A stretch of DNA of 64,000 nucleotides, taken from Somniosus microcephalus. Lineage: Eukaryota. The translations under genes and the position numbers were made by a program. Position 1 is the stretch's first letter. Each line of letters begins with the position of its first letter. The stretch is from positions 28,520,001 to 28,584,000 of the forward strand of contig CM126234.1 in NCBI GenBank assembly GCA_052327205.1, in the 5' to 3' direction. The notes below the pieces were generated by a model, which saw only the letters and a program-made list of their open reading frames with translations, searched no databases and was not told the origin of the DNA. This document shows positions 26,341-38,210 of the stretch, in pieces.

Positions 26341-26738
26341 TCCTTCCTGCCATTTTTCTCAGCATCCTGGCCTTTCCTTTTTAAAAAAAAATAAAATTAA
26401 CTACATTGCTAAATGAACTTTTAATAATAATCAAGGTAACTGATTTAGTTTCCACACAAATAAGCACAATCATGTAATTGGAGCCAAACCCCCCCCCCCC
26501 CCAATAAAAACACAACTTAATTTCTTGTCATGTTAGTTTACATAAAACAATGTATTCTGACGCACTGTGAGCAATGCCACAGGCGAGCCACCAGTAGATT
26601 TAATCAAATACTTTGAAGGTGATTGACAATGCAGATCTGAATGTGGACGAGCACACACTCTTAATCGTCTATGAAGTACACACGGCAGGAAAATTGTTAG
26701 TTTTAAATTTCAGCACACAAACGGGATTGGAAGGTGCA

Positions 26739-26850
26739 GTGGATTGGACACTGGCCTTTCACCACTGGGATCTGGAGTGGATTAGACACTGGCCTTCACC
26801 ACTGGGATCTGGAGTGGATTAGACACTGGCCTTCACCACTGGGATCTGGA
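26739..26850 (+). repeat. Tandem repeat 3 x 37 bp inside a tRNA-like SINE head
   Basis: Unit gtggattagacactggccttcaccactgggatctgga, between an A-box-like ggtgcagtgg and a B-box-like gatttaaatc. Confidence 0.9.
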
Positions 26851-27024
26851 TTTAAATCTAACCCAGACTGACAGGAGCAACATCTCCTTGTCTGCTGGGT
26901 GAGCAGTCCAATATGATAAGGGTTCGGCCAGTCTCGGTCCAGGTCCTAGAGGTTGTCTCCTTGACATGGTTTTCAAAACTGGGATGTCTACCAGTAGCTT
27001 GAGCGCAGGTGCTCTCAAACCCGC

Positions 27025-27306
27025 GACCTCTACCACCTAGAAGGACAAGGGCAGCAGGCGCATGGGAACACCACCACCTCCAAGTCATATACCATTCTGA
27101 CTTGGAAATATATCACCGTTCCTTCATCGTCACTGGGTCAAAATCCTGGAACTCCCTCCCTAACAGCACTGTGGGAGTATCTTCACCACACGGACTGCAG
27201 CGGTTCAAGGAGGCGGCTCACCACCACCTTCGAGGGCAATTAGGGATGGGAACTAAATGCTGGCCTTACCAGCGACGCCCAGATCCCAGGAACGAATAAA
27301 TAAAAA
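27025..27306 (+). mobile_element. CR1/L2-clade LINE 3' end fragment
   Basis: Encodes ...GSKSWNSLPNSTVG...LQRFKEAAHHHL (the WNSLP motif of the ORF2 C-terminus) and ends in an A-rich tail. Confidence 0.75.
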
Positions 27307-30300
27307 ATTACTCTGTATAGTTTAGAATCCTGCCTGATGTGGGTATAGAAATGCTACACAATGATGGAAAACACTTGGAAGAGCTGCTTAAACGAACTCT
27401 AGGTTTTCTATCCTGCACAGAATGTCTGGAATTTAGATGAAACTGGATATTTTCTTTTAATGCTTTGTTCACAAAGACCTTGTAGAAGATGAGTGAGGAG
27501 CTAAAAGGCTGTATAATGTCAAAAGAGATTAGCATTTGTTTTGAATAAGTGATACATATGAAATATAGAAGCCTTTAGTTACCAGCAAAGCTGGAAGCCA
27601 TCCTGCTTGAGAAATGAGAGGAAAGGTATTCCCCTCATTGCAAATAACTACAGGAATTCATGGCGACATTAGAAGTTAAAAGGTTGTATTTAACTAAAGC
27701 TAAAAGGGGGGGGGGGGGGGGGGGGAAAGAGAAAGAGGATTAAGGGGAAAAACTCCAAAGATGCCAGTGTCCTTGGATAATGCTCCTAGCTATTCAAATA
27801 TTGAACTGAAACACAATCCTGGAAATCAGACATCATGGCTTCAAATACTGGAGGTGGGAGCGATCGGGTCTTTTGTAGCCCAGAACAGCCAGTGATACCT
27901 TGTGTTTTTGTCGAGATTGACAAAGCTCAAAATATCTCAGAGCTGGTGAATAAAATGGAAAGTCTAAGATACCCGAATAGAAGACGGCATACACCTGAAA
28001 TAAGGCGACTAACAATCACAGAGTTCTCTGTATGTTGTAGATTCAAAGCTGAAAGCAGCAAACGTTCAGAATCAGAAACAAATGTGAATGAAAAGGAGCC
28101 ATTTGAAGCACTCAATAGATGGCTTTGGCTATCATTTTTACATGACTGGTGACTGCAGAGCGCGAAATAAAAAGTCTACCTCTAAAAATTGTTGATAAAG
28201 AGCTCTCTTTTAAAAAAAAGATACATTTTAGGAATGCCTACTGGTTTTCAGAGACTCTGAGCATATTAAAGCACATTTTTACGATGGAAAATGTACACGA
28301 TGCAAGCAATGCAATTTTGCACCTGCAAAATTATTTGCAATCCTATTTAACATTGGCACATGAATTCTAATATAACCAAGATCTTGCTCCCAAAGAACTG
28401 TTTTTTTTTTTTTATAAACATCCCCGTTTAAAGTGGTGCGATAGCTTGAGCATCAATGAACCACACCATGGAGTAGCTGGGCAAAGGTTCTTATTGTCAT
28501 CCCCTACAGAGTGAGCCTCAAACTCAACCATGGAGGGATGCTCAGTGTAGGCCAGGCACTTCCCCACAGGATGCACACAATCTCACCACCTCTTTAAAGT
28601 GAGGCACAGCTAAAACCACGTCGCATTGTGCAATCGGGACACAGCCGGTTTTAAACGCTTCAAAAACAAAATGGTAATGTGTGGGAAGCACAGTAGCTGC
28701 ATTTGCCATAATATCCAGCTAATGATCTGATACATACTGTCAAACCACTCTCTTACTAACCATCCCCACCCTGGACTGTTGATCAGTCTTTGTTAGCAAT
28801 AGGTTTCCTTTTTAAAGATTACAGCACTTCTGAACACAACCACCAAATTATGGCAGAAGAATATTTTGCCCATTCTGTAGTTTAATCCCTTCAGCAGCAC
28901 ACAGTTTATTTACACTGAAGTACTTATTAAAAAGGCACATATGGTACAAGTGTATCCTTAAAGGCTTTAACTGAAAGAAATTCTAAAAGACTTGACCAGC
29001 GGCAGTTTAAAAAGAAAAACTTAAAATATATGACGGCAATAACGCAACAAATGTAGATTGAGATAGCACGGTTGCTTCATAGAATGCTCCAGCATCGAAA
29101 CAGACCGTTGGGTCCATCAAGTCTGTGCCAGTGATTCTGGCAATTTACATAAATTATAAACTGGTTTGCTGTGTGAATGCTACAATTCTATAAAGTTTCA
29201 TGTTGTTTGAAGAAGCTCCAATCTCCTCTCTGCCAAATTCCTAGGAGATTTGGTCTCGCTGGAGTTGGTTAAAAATTTGTTATTGTGGCAGTGGGAGCAC
29301 AATTGGCCTCTGTCTCTAGTGAAAGGAAGAAGGAAAATAACAGCCACGGCCTCGATCACTGATTACTATCCAGTAAGCCCCACTGAAAACGTGCATGTTG
29401 ACATCTGCGAAGGGCAGGATCAGGCTCAGCTGTGATGCCACTCTGCTAAAACTCACTGTCCAATCTCACGTGAAGAATAGTCACTTGGGCAAGATACCAG
29501 AGAGGTGCCAGCCAGCTCTCAAGGATGTAAACCAGCATGAATCACCATCTTCAGGAAAGTAAGGGGAAAGAACTGGGAAGGAAGGGTGGAAGAAAGTAAA
29601 GAACCTTGAAATAAACAGTTTAAAAGTAATTTAACAATTTCAAATTTATAATCTTAAACCAGGAGTTCCCAAAAGCCACAAATGACCAAACTAAGGGGGT
29701 GAGCAAGAGATGCTGACAAAACATCTTCAATTAGTAGATACAACAGGTCTAGTTACCAGTGAATGAGTACAAGGAATCCTAATACTGATCAGAACATAAC
29801 TTACAATCTTGTAGTCACAGTGAAAGAGCATTCCTCCAAGATGAATAGATTACAGAGTCTTTCTGAATTTTCAGCACCTTCTGACACTGTGATCTTTGGA
29901 GCATCTACTGCGTGCTGTGAAACTGGTATTACAGTCAGGCAATGGTTTACAGACAGTCGGCCAGACACGTAGCACAGCACACAAAAGGCAGAAAGTAGGA
30001 TGTAGTAAAAAAAACACAAATTTTACCAGTTAAGGTTTCATGATCACAAACTCGCTTCAGCAACATCTGCAGGACACGTTAGTCTTGTTTAGTTTTCCTC
30101 TCGATTGCTAACCTTTCACTAGTATTGCTTCCCCTATCGGTAAACCAGCTTTATACCACAAGTTAGCCATGGAAAAAAATATGCTTACCTCACATGTAGA
30201 AAAAAAAACGAATCCACTGTCGCATTTGCATATTGTGTTGCGACTGGAAACAGTGACATCACCCATTCCACCTGTCTGCCATATTGGTTCTAAACAGTTT

Positions 30301-30723
30301 AAACATGAAAACGCATGCTTGTGGTGCGAATGGCACATTGAATAGGGTCCGATATGGGTTTAGGTGAGAACAGTTGTGGAGAAAGCGGATATAATTAACT
30401 CATAAGTTAGATCTGTCAGGTCTTGCTCAGTCATATGCCGATTTAAAACGGTAACCTATTTTAATGCATCTCACTTTGAAAAATAATCATTCCATATATT
30501 TAAGCAAGTTTGCAACTGATCTCTCTCTATTAGCAGCCCACTCCTTACGTTTTCCCCAATACCAGCAGGTCTTCATACATATTAGAACAATGGACACTGG
30601 TGAGTCACTTTAAATTACAGCCTTCTAATCAAGTTCATCTATTATAAGGTACAAGAGAGAAGCTAAAAGTAATTTGCACCAGTCACTAAAGAGTGCGGCC
30701 TTGACATTACTTACAAGGTACCA

Positions 30724-30870
30724 GTGCCAATAGTTTCCTTTGTGCTTTAATTTTAATGAATTTGTAGACATATCTACAAACACTGCATTTATGGATTTGT
30801 TAAGAGTAATGCAGAGTGGAAAATACCTTCATAGACCTTTTTATGCTTCGGCCATGGTCTATATAGAAAC
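30724..30870 (+). repeat. Left copy of a 147-bp direct duplication flanking the hAT element
   Basis: gtgccaatagtttcc...tctatatagaaac, about 95% identical to 35618-35763. Confidence 0.95.
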
Positions 30871-31301
30871 TCGGGTTGCGAAGGGGTGGAAAGTTTCCGG
30901 TAAATTTCCCACGGGAAGTTTAGCCCAAAAAAGCACATGCTAGCATAATATTGTTTTTTTTTTTGTATTTCTTTCATTTTTTTTCCTCCCACAGGTCATC
31001 TCTTAAAATTACTAAGAGATGGAATCTTAATTATTAAGGAATTTCTTAATCAATATATGTTTCTCTTCTTGGCTTGTTTTAATAATTACAAGTTTTGTGT
31101 GACTGTAAACAAATGTGTCCTGATTGGTTGGATGAGTGGGTGAGCGATTAGCTCCCTCTATTGGTGATGTAGTGTCGTGTGTGCACAGGTCATGCTTCCA
31201 TCACATGGAGCATCAGGAAAAATGTACTCGCCCTGTTGCAATCGTGCTGATCGACCGCAGTTCGACACAGACGAATGCCCTTTATTTCTTTGCATAGAAC
31301 A

Positions 31302-34300
31302 ATGCCACGTTTACTGTCGGATGTGTGGAAGCATTTTACCGCAGGCATTAAAAATGGAAAGACTGTGTACATGTGCAAACACTGTACAAAGCCATATGTA
31401 AAGAATGCCACAAAGATGCAACAACTTCACTCAAAGCTCACAGCAGTCAGCCCAGAGTTCCTCTGCTTCCATTCAAGAAGATGATGGTTCACATCGGGGG
31501 AAGGCCGATTTTAATATGATAAGGCAGGATCTGGCCAAAGTGGACTGGGAGCAGCTACTTATAGGAAAATCCACATCAAAACAGTGGGAGACTTTCAGAA
31601 GGGAAATAGAGAGAGTACAACGCCAACATGTTCCTGTAAAGGTCAAGGGTGGGACCAACAAGCAAAGGGAACCTTGGATGACAAGGGATATACAAAAATG
31701 CATTAGGAATAAAAGGGGGGCTTTTGGCAGTTACAAAAGACTAAAGACGGAAGAAGCCCTAGAGGAGTATAAAAAGTGCAGGGGCGTACTTAAAAAAGAA
31801 ATTAGGAGGGCGAGGAGGGGCCATGAAATAACACTGGCGAGCAAAATAAAGGAAAATCCTAAGATGTTTTATAAGTATATTAAGGGCAAAAAAATAACCA
31901 GGGAAAGGGTAGGGCCCATTAGGGACCAAAGTGGCAATCTGTGTGTAGAGCCAGATGAGGTAGGTGGGGTTTTAAATGAATTTTTTGCATCTGTGTTCAC
32001 TATGGAGAAAGAAGATGCAGACATAGAAATCGGGCAAGGGGACTGTGACATACTTGAACATATTAGCATCGAGAGGGAGGAGGTGCTAGCGGTTTTAGCA
32101 GGCCAAAAAGTGGATAAATCCCCAGGCCCGGACGAGATGTATCCCAGGCTGCTGTGGGAGGCAAAGGAGGAGGTTGCAGGGGCTCTGACACAAATTTTCA
32201 GAACCTCTCTGGCCACAGGGGATGTACCAGAGGACTGGAGAACAGCTAACGTAGTACCATTATTCAAGAAGGGTAGCAGGGATAAACCAGGGAATTACAG
32301 GCCAGTGAGCCTAACATCTGTGGTAGGGAAATTATTGGAAAAAATTCTGAGGGACAAAATTAGTCTCCACTTGGAGAGGCAAGGATTAATCGGGGATAGT
32401 CAGCATGGCTTTGTCAAGGGTAAATCATGTCTGACAAATCTGATTGAATTTTTCGAGGGGGTGACTAGGGGGGTGGATGAGGGAAATGCTGTGGATGTGG
32501 TTTACATGGACTTCAGTAAAGCTTTTGACAAAGTCCCGCATAGGAGACTGGTCAAGAAGGTAAGAGCCCATGGGATCCAGGGTGCCTTGGCGCGTTGGAT
32601 CCTAAACTGGCTGAGTGGCAGGAGGCAGAGGGTGATGGTCGAAGGTTGCTTTTGTGACTGGAAGCCTGTGTCCAGTGGGGTACCTCACGGTGCTGGGTCC
32701 CTTGTTGTTTGTGATCTACATAAATGATTTGGATGAGAATGTAAAAGGTATGATCAGTAAGTTCGCAGATGACACGAAAATTGGTGGGGTGGTAAATTGC
32801 GAGGAGGAAAGCCTCAGGCTACAGGACGATATAAACGGGTTGGTCAGATGGGCGGAAAAGTGGCAAATGGAATTTAACCCTGAAAAGTGCGAGGTGATGC
32901 ATTTTGGACGGACAAATAAGGCAAGGGAATACACAATGAGTGGTAGGACCCTAGGAAGTACAGAGGGTCAGAGGGACCTTGGTGTACATGTACATAGATC
33001 CCTGAAGGCAGCGGAACAGGTAGATAAGGTGGTTAAAAAGGCATATGGGATACTTGCCTTCATTAGCCGAGGCATAGAATATAAGAGCAGGGAGGTTAGG
33101 ATGGAGCTGTACAAAACGCTGGTGAGGCCACAGCTGGAGTACTGTGTGCAGTTCTGGTCGCCTCACTATAGGAAGGATGTGATTGCTTTGGAGAGGGTGC
33201 AGAGAAGATTCACCAGGATGTTACCTGGGATGGAGCGCCTCAGCTATGAAGAGAGGCTGGACAGGCTGGGGTTGTTTTCCTTGGAGCAAAGAAGGCTGAG
33301 GGGGGACCTGATTGAGGTGTACAAAATGATGAGGGGCATAGATAGGGTAGATAAAGAGGAACTTTTCCCCTTAGTAGGGGGGTCAATAACAAGGGGGCAT
33401 AGATTCAGGGCAAGGGGCAGGAGATTTAGAGGGGATTTGAGGAGGAACTTCTTCACCCAGAGGGTGGTTGGAATGTGGAACTCAATGCCTGAAAGGGTGG
33501 TAGAGGCAGGAACCCTCACAACATTCAAGAAGCATTTGGATGAGCACTTGAAATGCCATTGCATACAAGGCTATGGACCAAATGCTGGAAAATGGGATTA
33601 GACTGGACAGGGATGGATGGGCGGCGCAGACACGATGGGCCGAAGGGCCTCTTTCTGTGCTGTAAAACTCTATGACTCCTCTATGACACATTCAGCATCA
33701 GGCTCCTTATCATCAGCAACTCCTGGCCCACTTGGAAGGTTCTTTGATACGATGGATAACCATAGCCAGAAGAATGCAGATGAGTGCCTTGCTCGAGCTG
33801 TATATGCGACAGGCTCACCCCTCATGCTCACAGCCAATGTGTACTGGAAGAGATTTTTCAATGTTATTCGCCCTGCATACTGTCCTCCCACCAGACATGC
33901 TTGGTCTACTTATTTGCTGGAGACCGAGTATAACAGAGTCCAAGGAAACGATAGAGATGGCAGACTGTGTTGCAGTTATCTCAGATGGGTGGTCAAATGT
34001 ACGAGGGGAGGGCATCATAAACTACATCGTCTCCACTCCTCTCCCAGTGTTCTTCAAGAGCACAGACACGAAGGACAACAGACACACAGGCACATACATT
34101 GCTGATGAGCTGAAAGCGGTCGTCAACGATCTTGGATCACAAAAGGTCTTTGCAGTAGTTACTGACAATGCTGCGAATATGAAGGCTGCTTGGGCTCAAG
34201 TGGAGGAGGCGTACCCTCATTGGGTCTATTGGGTGCGCAGCTCATGGGCTCAACCTGCTCCTCAAGGACATCATGGGTTTGAGAACCATGGAAACACTGT

Positions 34301-35279
34301 ACAAGAGAGCCAAGCAAGTTGTTAAGTATGTCAGCGGAAAACAGGTAGTTGCAGCAACCTATAACTCCAAGCAAATGACAAAGAACAAGAACACCACACT
34401 GAAGCTGCCCAGCAACACTAGATGGGGTGGCAGTGTCATAACGTACAACAGCCTTCTGGAGGGTAAGGAGTCGCTGCAAGAAATGGCAATATCCCAGTCT
34501 GGGGATATGGAAACCACCATCAAGAAAATACTGCTGAATGATGTGTTTTGGGAGAGAGTGGTTAGCAGCCTTAAACTACTCTCACCAGTAGCATCTGCAA
34601 TTGCTCAGATTGAAGGAGATGACGCTGTCTCGTCAGATGTTCTCAGGCTTTTTGCTGATTTAAAAGAACAATTCAGCATTGCCCTACCCACATCCCTGCT
34701 GCTCAAAGCAGAGGAGAAGGCAATTGTTCAATTCATACAGACGTGTCAAGAATTTTGTGTCAAGCCGATTCATGCTGCAGCATACATGCTGGACCCAAAG
34801 CATGTTGGGAGACCAATACTTTCCGGAGAACAGATCAACAGCGCTTACAGTGTGATTCTACCCTCTCACACCATCTCAATCTGGATGTGGGCAAAGTTCT
34901 GGGAAGTCTGGCAAAGTTCTCTACCAAGCAAGGTCTTTGGAATGGGGATGGGATATGGGAATCATGCAAGCATATCAGTGCACATACCTGGTGGAAGGGA
35001 CTTTGTGCATCTGAGGCCCTGTCACCTATTGCATCGGTGATGCTCCAAATCCCACCTTCATCAGCGGCCTCTGAACGAAACTGGTCACTTTTTGGGAATA
35101 CGCATACAAAGGTGCGCAACAGGCTGACTAACAAGAGAGTGGAGAAACTGGTGGCTATCCGGGCGAACCTACAACTTATTGAGCCAGATACAGAAGTGTC
35201 CACCACACAGCTAGACAGTGACACAGAGGAGGAAATGGACACGTCAGAGCCAGAGTCAGAGAATCAGGAGGAGCAATGA
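31302..35279 (+). pseudogene. hAT transposase pseudogene, split by the CR1 insertion and several frameshifts
   Basis: MPRLLSDVWKHF...CKHCTKPYVKNATKM (BED finger); ISDGWSN, VVTDNAANM, GCAAH, NTRW, HAAAYMLDPK, WW, PPSSAASERNWS...RNRL spread over ORFs 31275, 33617, 33732, 34273 and 34743. Confidence 0.92.
31495..33686 (+). mobile_element. 5'-truncated CR1 LINE (2.2 kb of ORF2: RT domain and C-terminus, plus 3'UTR) nested in the hAT transposase
   Basis: ORFs 31405..32727 and 32654..33601: KSPGPD, PGNYRPVSLTS, QHGF, DFSKAFD, FADD, RPQLEYCVQFW, WNSMP. One frameshift in the GVPQG motif near 32688; ctctatga tail; cacat duplicated at 31490-31494 and 33687-33691. Confidence 0.96.
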
Positions 35280-35617
35280 TGAGTAGAAGACTCCGAAGAC
35301 TCATGAGTAGAAGACTCAAAAGTAGAAGACTCAAAAGGGACAAAATACAGGCTAAATAAGCTGACGCTCTTTTTATTTTATTTTAGATGGGTCTTTTTTG
35401 TGGGGGTTCAATAAAGTTCAAAGTTATAACCTAAATAAAGTTTTGAAAGCCTGTTTTTATTTGTATGGAACAGTATGTCTATTTTGATGACAAAGATAAT
35501 ATAAGGGTCAGAGACAAAAACCATCAGTGTGCAAAACAACTCAAAATTCCCATAAATTTCCGAAAATTCCCATGGAAAGTTTCCTCTTTTAAAAATTCCC
35601 GGAATTTTGCAACCCTA

Positions 35618-35763
35618 GTGCCAATAGTTTCCTTTGTGCTTTAATTTTAATGAATTTGTAGACATATCGACAAACACTGCATTTATGGATTTGTTAAGAA
35701 TAATGCAGAGTGGAAAATAACTCGATAGACCTTTTATGCTTTGGCCATGGTCTATATAGAAAC
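35618..35763 (+). repeat. Right copy of the 147-bp direct duplication flanking the hAT element
   Basis: Begins immediately after the right TIR and matches 30724-30870. Confidence 0.95.
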
Positions 35764-35831
35764 CATGTGCAATGGCAAATTGGGGACATTTCAGACTTGG
35801 AACTTTTAAGTGCATAGTTACAGTTTATGTT

Positions 35832-36622
35832 TGATAGAAACATAGAAGATAGGAGCAGGAGTAGGCCATTCGGCCCCTCGAGCCTGCTCCGCCATTCAAT
35901 GCGATCATGGCTGATCATCCAAATACAGTACCCGGTACCTGCTTTCTCCCCATACCCCTTGATCCCTTTAGCCTTACGAAATATATCCAACTCCTTCTCA
36001 AATATATTTAATGAATTGGCCTCTACTGCCTTCTGTGGTAGAGAATTCCACAGGTTCACCACTCTCTAGGTGAAGAAATTCCTCCTCATTTCTGTCCTAA
36101 ATGGCTTACCCCTTATCCTTAGACTGTGACCCCTGGTTCTGGACTCCCCAACCATCGGGAACATCCTTCCTGCATCTAGTCTGTCCAGTCCTGTCAGAAT
36201 TTTATAAGTTTCAATAAGATCCCCTCTCATTCTTCTAAACTCCAGTGAGTACAAGCCCAATCGTCCCAATCTCTCCTCATACGTCATTCCTGCCATCCCA
36301 GATATCAGCCTGGTGAATCTTCGTTGAACTCCTTCCATGGCAAGAACATCCTTCCTCAGATAAAGCGACCAAAACTGCACACAATACTCAAGATGTGGTC
36401 TCACCAAGGCCCTGTACAACTGCAGCAAGACATCCTTGTTTCTGTACTCAAACCCTCTCGCTACGAAGGCCAACATACCATTTGCCTTCTTAACCACCTG
36501 CTGCACCTGCATGCTTACCTTCAGCGACTGGTGCACAAGGACACCTAGGTCTCGTTGCACTTCCCCTTCTCCCAATCTATTGCCATTCAGATAATAATCT
36601 GCCTTCCTGTTTTTGCCACCAA
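35832..36622 (-). mobile_element. CR1 LINE 3' fragment (a different subfamily from the nested copy)
   Basis: ORFs 36066..36575 and 35694..36062 (RDLGVLV, RPHLEYCVQFW, LWNSLP); 3'UTR ggctcgaagggccgaatggcctactcctgctcct with a ctatgttt tail. Confidence 0.93.
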
Positions 36623-37740
36623 TGATGAAAGTACCTCTCTGTTTAATGGCAATATATAATACAAGAGGGCGGACTGAAGCTGGATTTTTTTTTTTAATAG
36701 TAGTGTAGTCAATGGCTTCTGCAGTCTACTGACAGCAGCGCAGAAAGATATTTGCAGGAGGGAATAAAAAGGCATTTGTGGCATTACTGCAGGTTTACAG
36801 AGAAATAATTTTGAATGCAAGTGAATCATAGATGGAACAAATTCTTTTTGTAACCTTTGCTTCATTGCAGGAAAATAACTAAGTGGCTGTTACAGTTTTA
36901 GTCTTCTCTCATACTCTAGAGCAAAGGCCTCTATCTCTACAAACTCTATGACTTTATATACCCAATACCTGATAATTTAACATGACCCAAAGGTCAAACA
37001 GAAACACTTGTTGCTGTAATTAGGTCACTGGATTGTTACAGACCTTCTTGTGTTCTTTTAGCCTTTGGATAGTGAAAGAACAAACACTCTATCAAGACTG
37101 TGGGACTTAATCTATAAAGTATACAAAAGAGATTTATTCGAAGTACAAAGTAGCAGAGCCAAAACAGAAGATTACACTTGATTACAGAACTTTTACCCTC
37201 TACCTCCTTGGGTACAGAAATAATGAGATGTGACCCTTCACGTCACTTTCTTACTGCAACTACACCTGGACCAACACCTATGACAATTTATACTTGAGGT
37301 TTTGTCTTAAGCACTGAGTATTTCAGTATTTGTCCTTCTCGCCCAACGAATGCAGAACTAAAAAACCGGCAGCATGCTGCTTGAGATATACCTCTTGTTT
37401 AAAATTAGTATACAGGAATTCAAATGAGGTTATCTCCCAGTAAGAGTAACCAAATTTAAAGCAATAAGCCATAACTCAATCAAAAATATATAAACTTGAT
37501 TTGAATTGATAGAACTCCTCTCACTATTAAAAAATTGTTTTAAAGCAAAAGGAAAAATTTAATTCAAACAATTGACCAAACACCACAATGGTCTAATATT
37601 ATCTTGTGATCAAACTTACACAGTTCAAGAGTTAAATATAATGCACAAATCAAATCTCCAGAGATAAAATAGTGAACGCTGTGTAAAATGTTACCATCTG
37701 GATAGAGGAATTTACAGTTGAAGTGTTGCAGTACCAAATC

Positions 37741-38210
37741 ATAGAAAAAAAAATAGGAGCAGGAGTAGGCCATTCGGCCCCTCGAGCCTGCTCCGCCATT
37801 TAATGAGATCATGGCTGATCATCCAAATTCATTCCCGTCATCCCAGGCATCAGTCTGGTGAATCTTCACTGCACTCCCTCCATGGCAAGAACATCCTTCC
37901 TCAGATAAGGCGACCAAAACTGCACACAATACTCGAGGTGTGGTTTCACCAAGGCCCTGTACAACTGCAGCAAGACATCCTTGCTCCTGTACTCTAATCC
38001 TCTCGCTATGAAGGCCAACATACCATTTGCCTTCTTAACCGCCTGCTGCACCTGCGTGCTTACCTTCAGCGACTGGTGCACAAGGACACCCAGGTTTCGT
38101 TGCACTTCCCCTTCTCCCAATCTATTGCCGTTCAGATAATAAGCTGCCTTCCTGTTTTTACCACCAAAGTGGATAACCTCGCATTTATCCACATTATACT
38201 GCATCTGCCC
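37741..38210 (-). mobile_element. CR1 LINE 3' fragment with internal deletion
   Basis: ORF 37866..38216 (MQYNVDKCEVIHFG...KPHLEYCVQFW) joined almost directly to the 3'UTR; same family as 35832-36622. Confidence 0.9.

Larger units (their letters stand above)
30871..35617 (+). mobile_element. Full-length defective hAT DNA transposon (BED finger + DUF659-like core + hAT dimerisation domain) carrying a nested CR1
   Basis: Left TIR tcgggttgcgaa (the intact form tagggttgcaaa is at 44157), right TIR ttttgcaacccta, subterminal aaatttcc/ggaaagttt repeats, transposase remnants inside. Confidence 0.93.

Noticed and set aside
26739-26850. CRISPR-like 37-bp repeats
   Set aside because: Head-to-tail units with no spacers, vertebrate context, no cas genes.
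27899-27994. 96-nt exon-like segment (ttatttcag|GT...AAG|gtatca) on the minus strand
   Set aside because: Stop codon in phase 1 and no recognisable peptide.
31405-32727. 440-aa ORF as a novel host gene or functional transposase-RT fusion
   Set aside because: It is CR1 ORF2 joined by chance to a transposase linker; the RT is frameshifted, the endonuclease is missing and the BED finger is in another frame.
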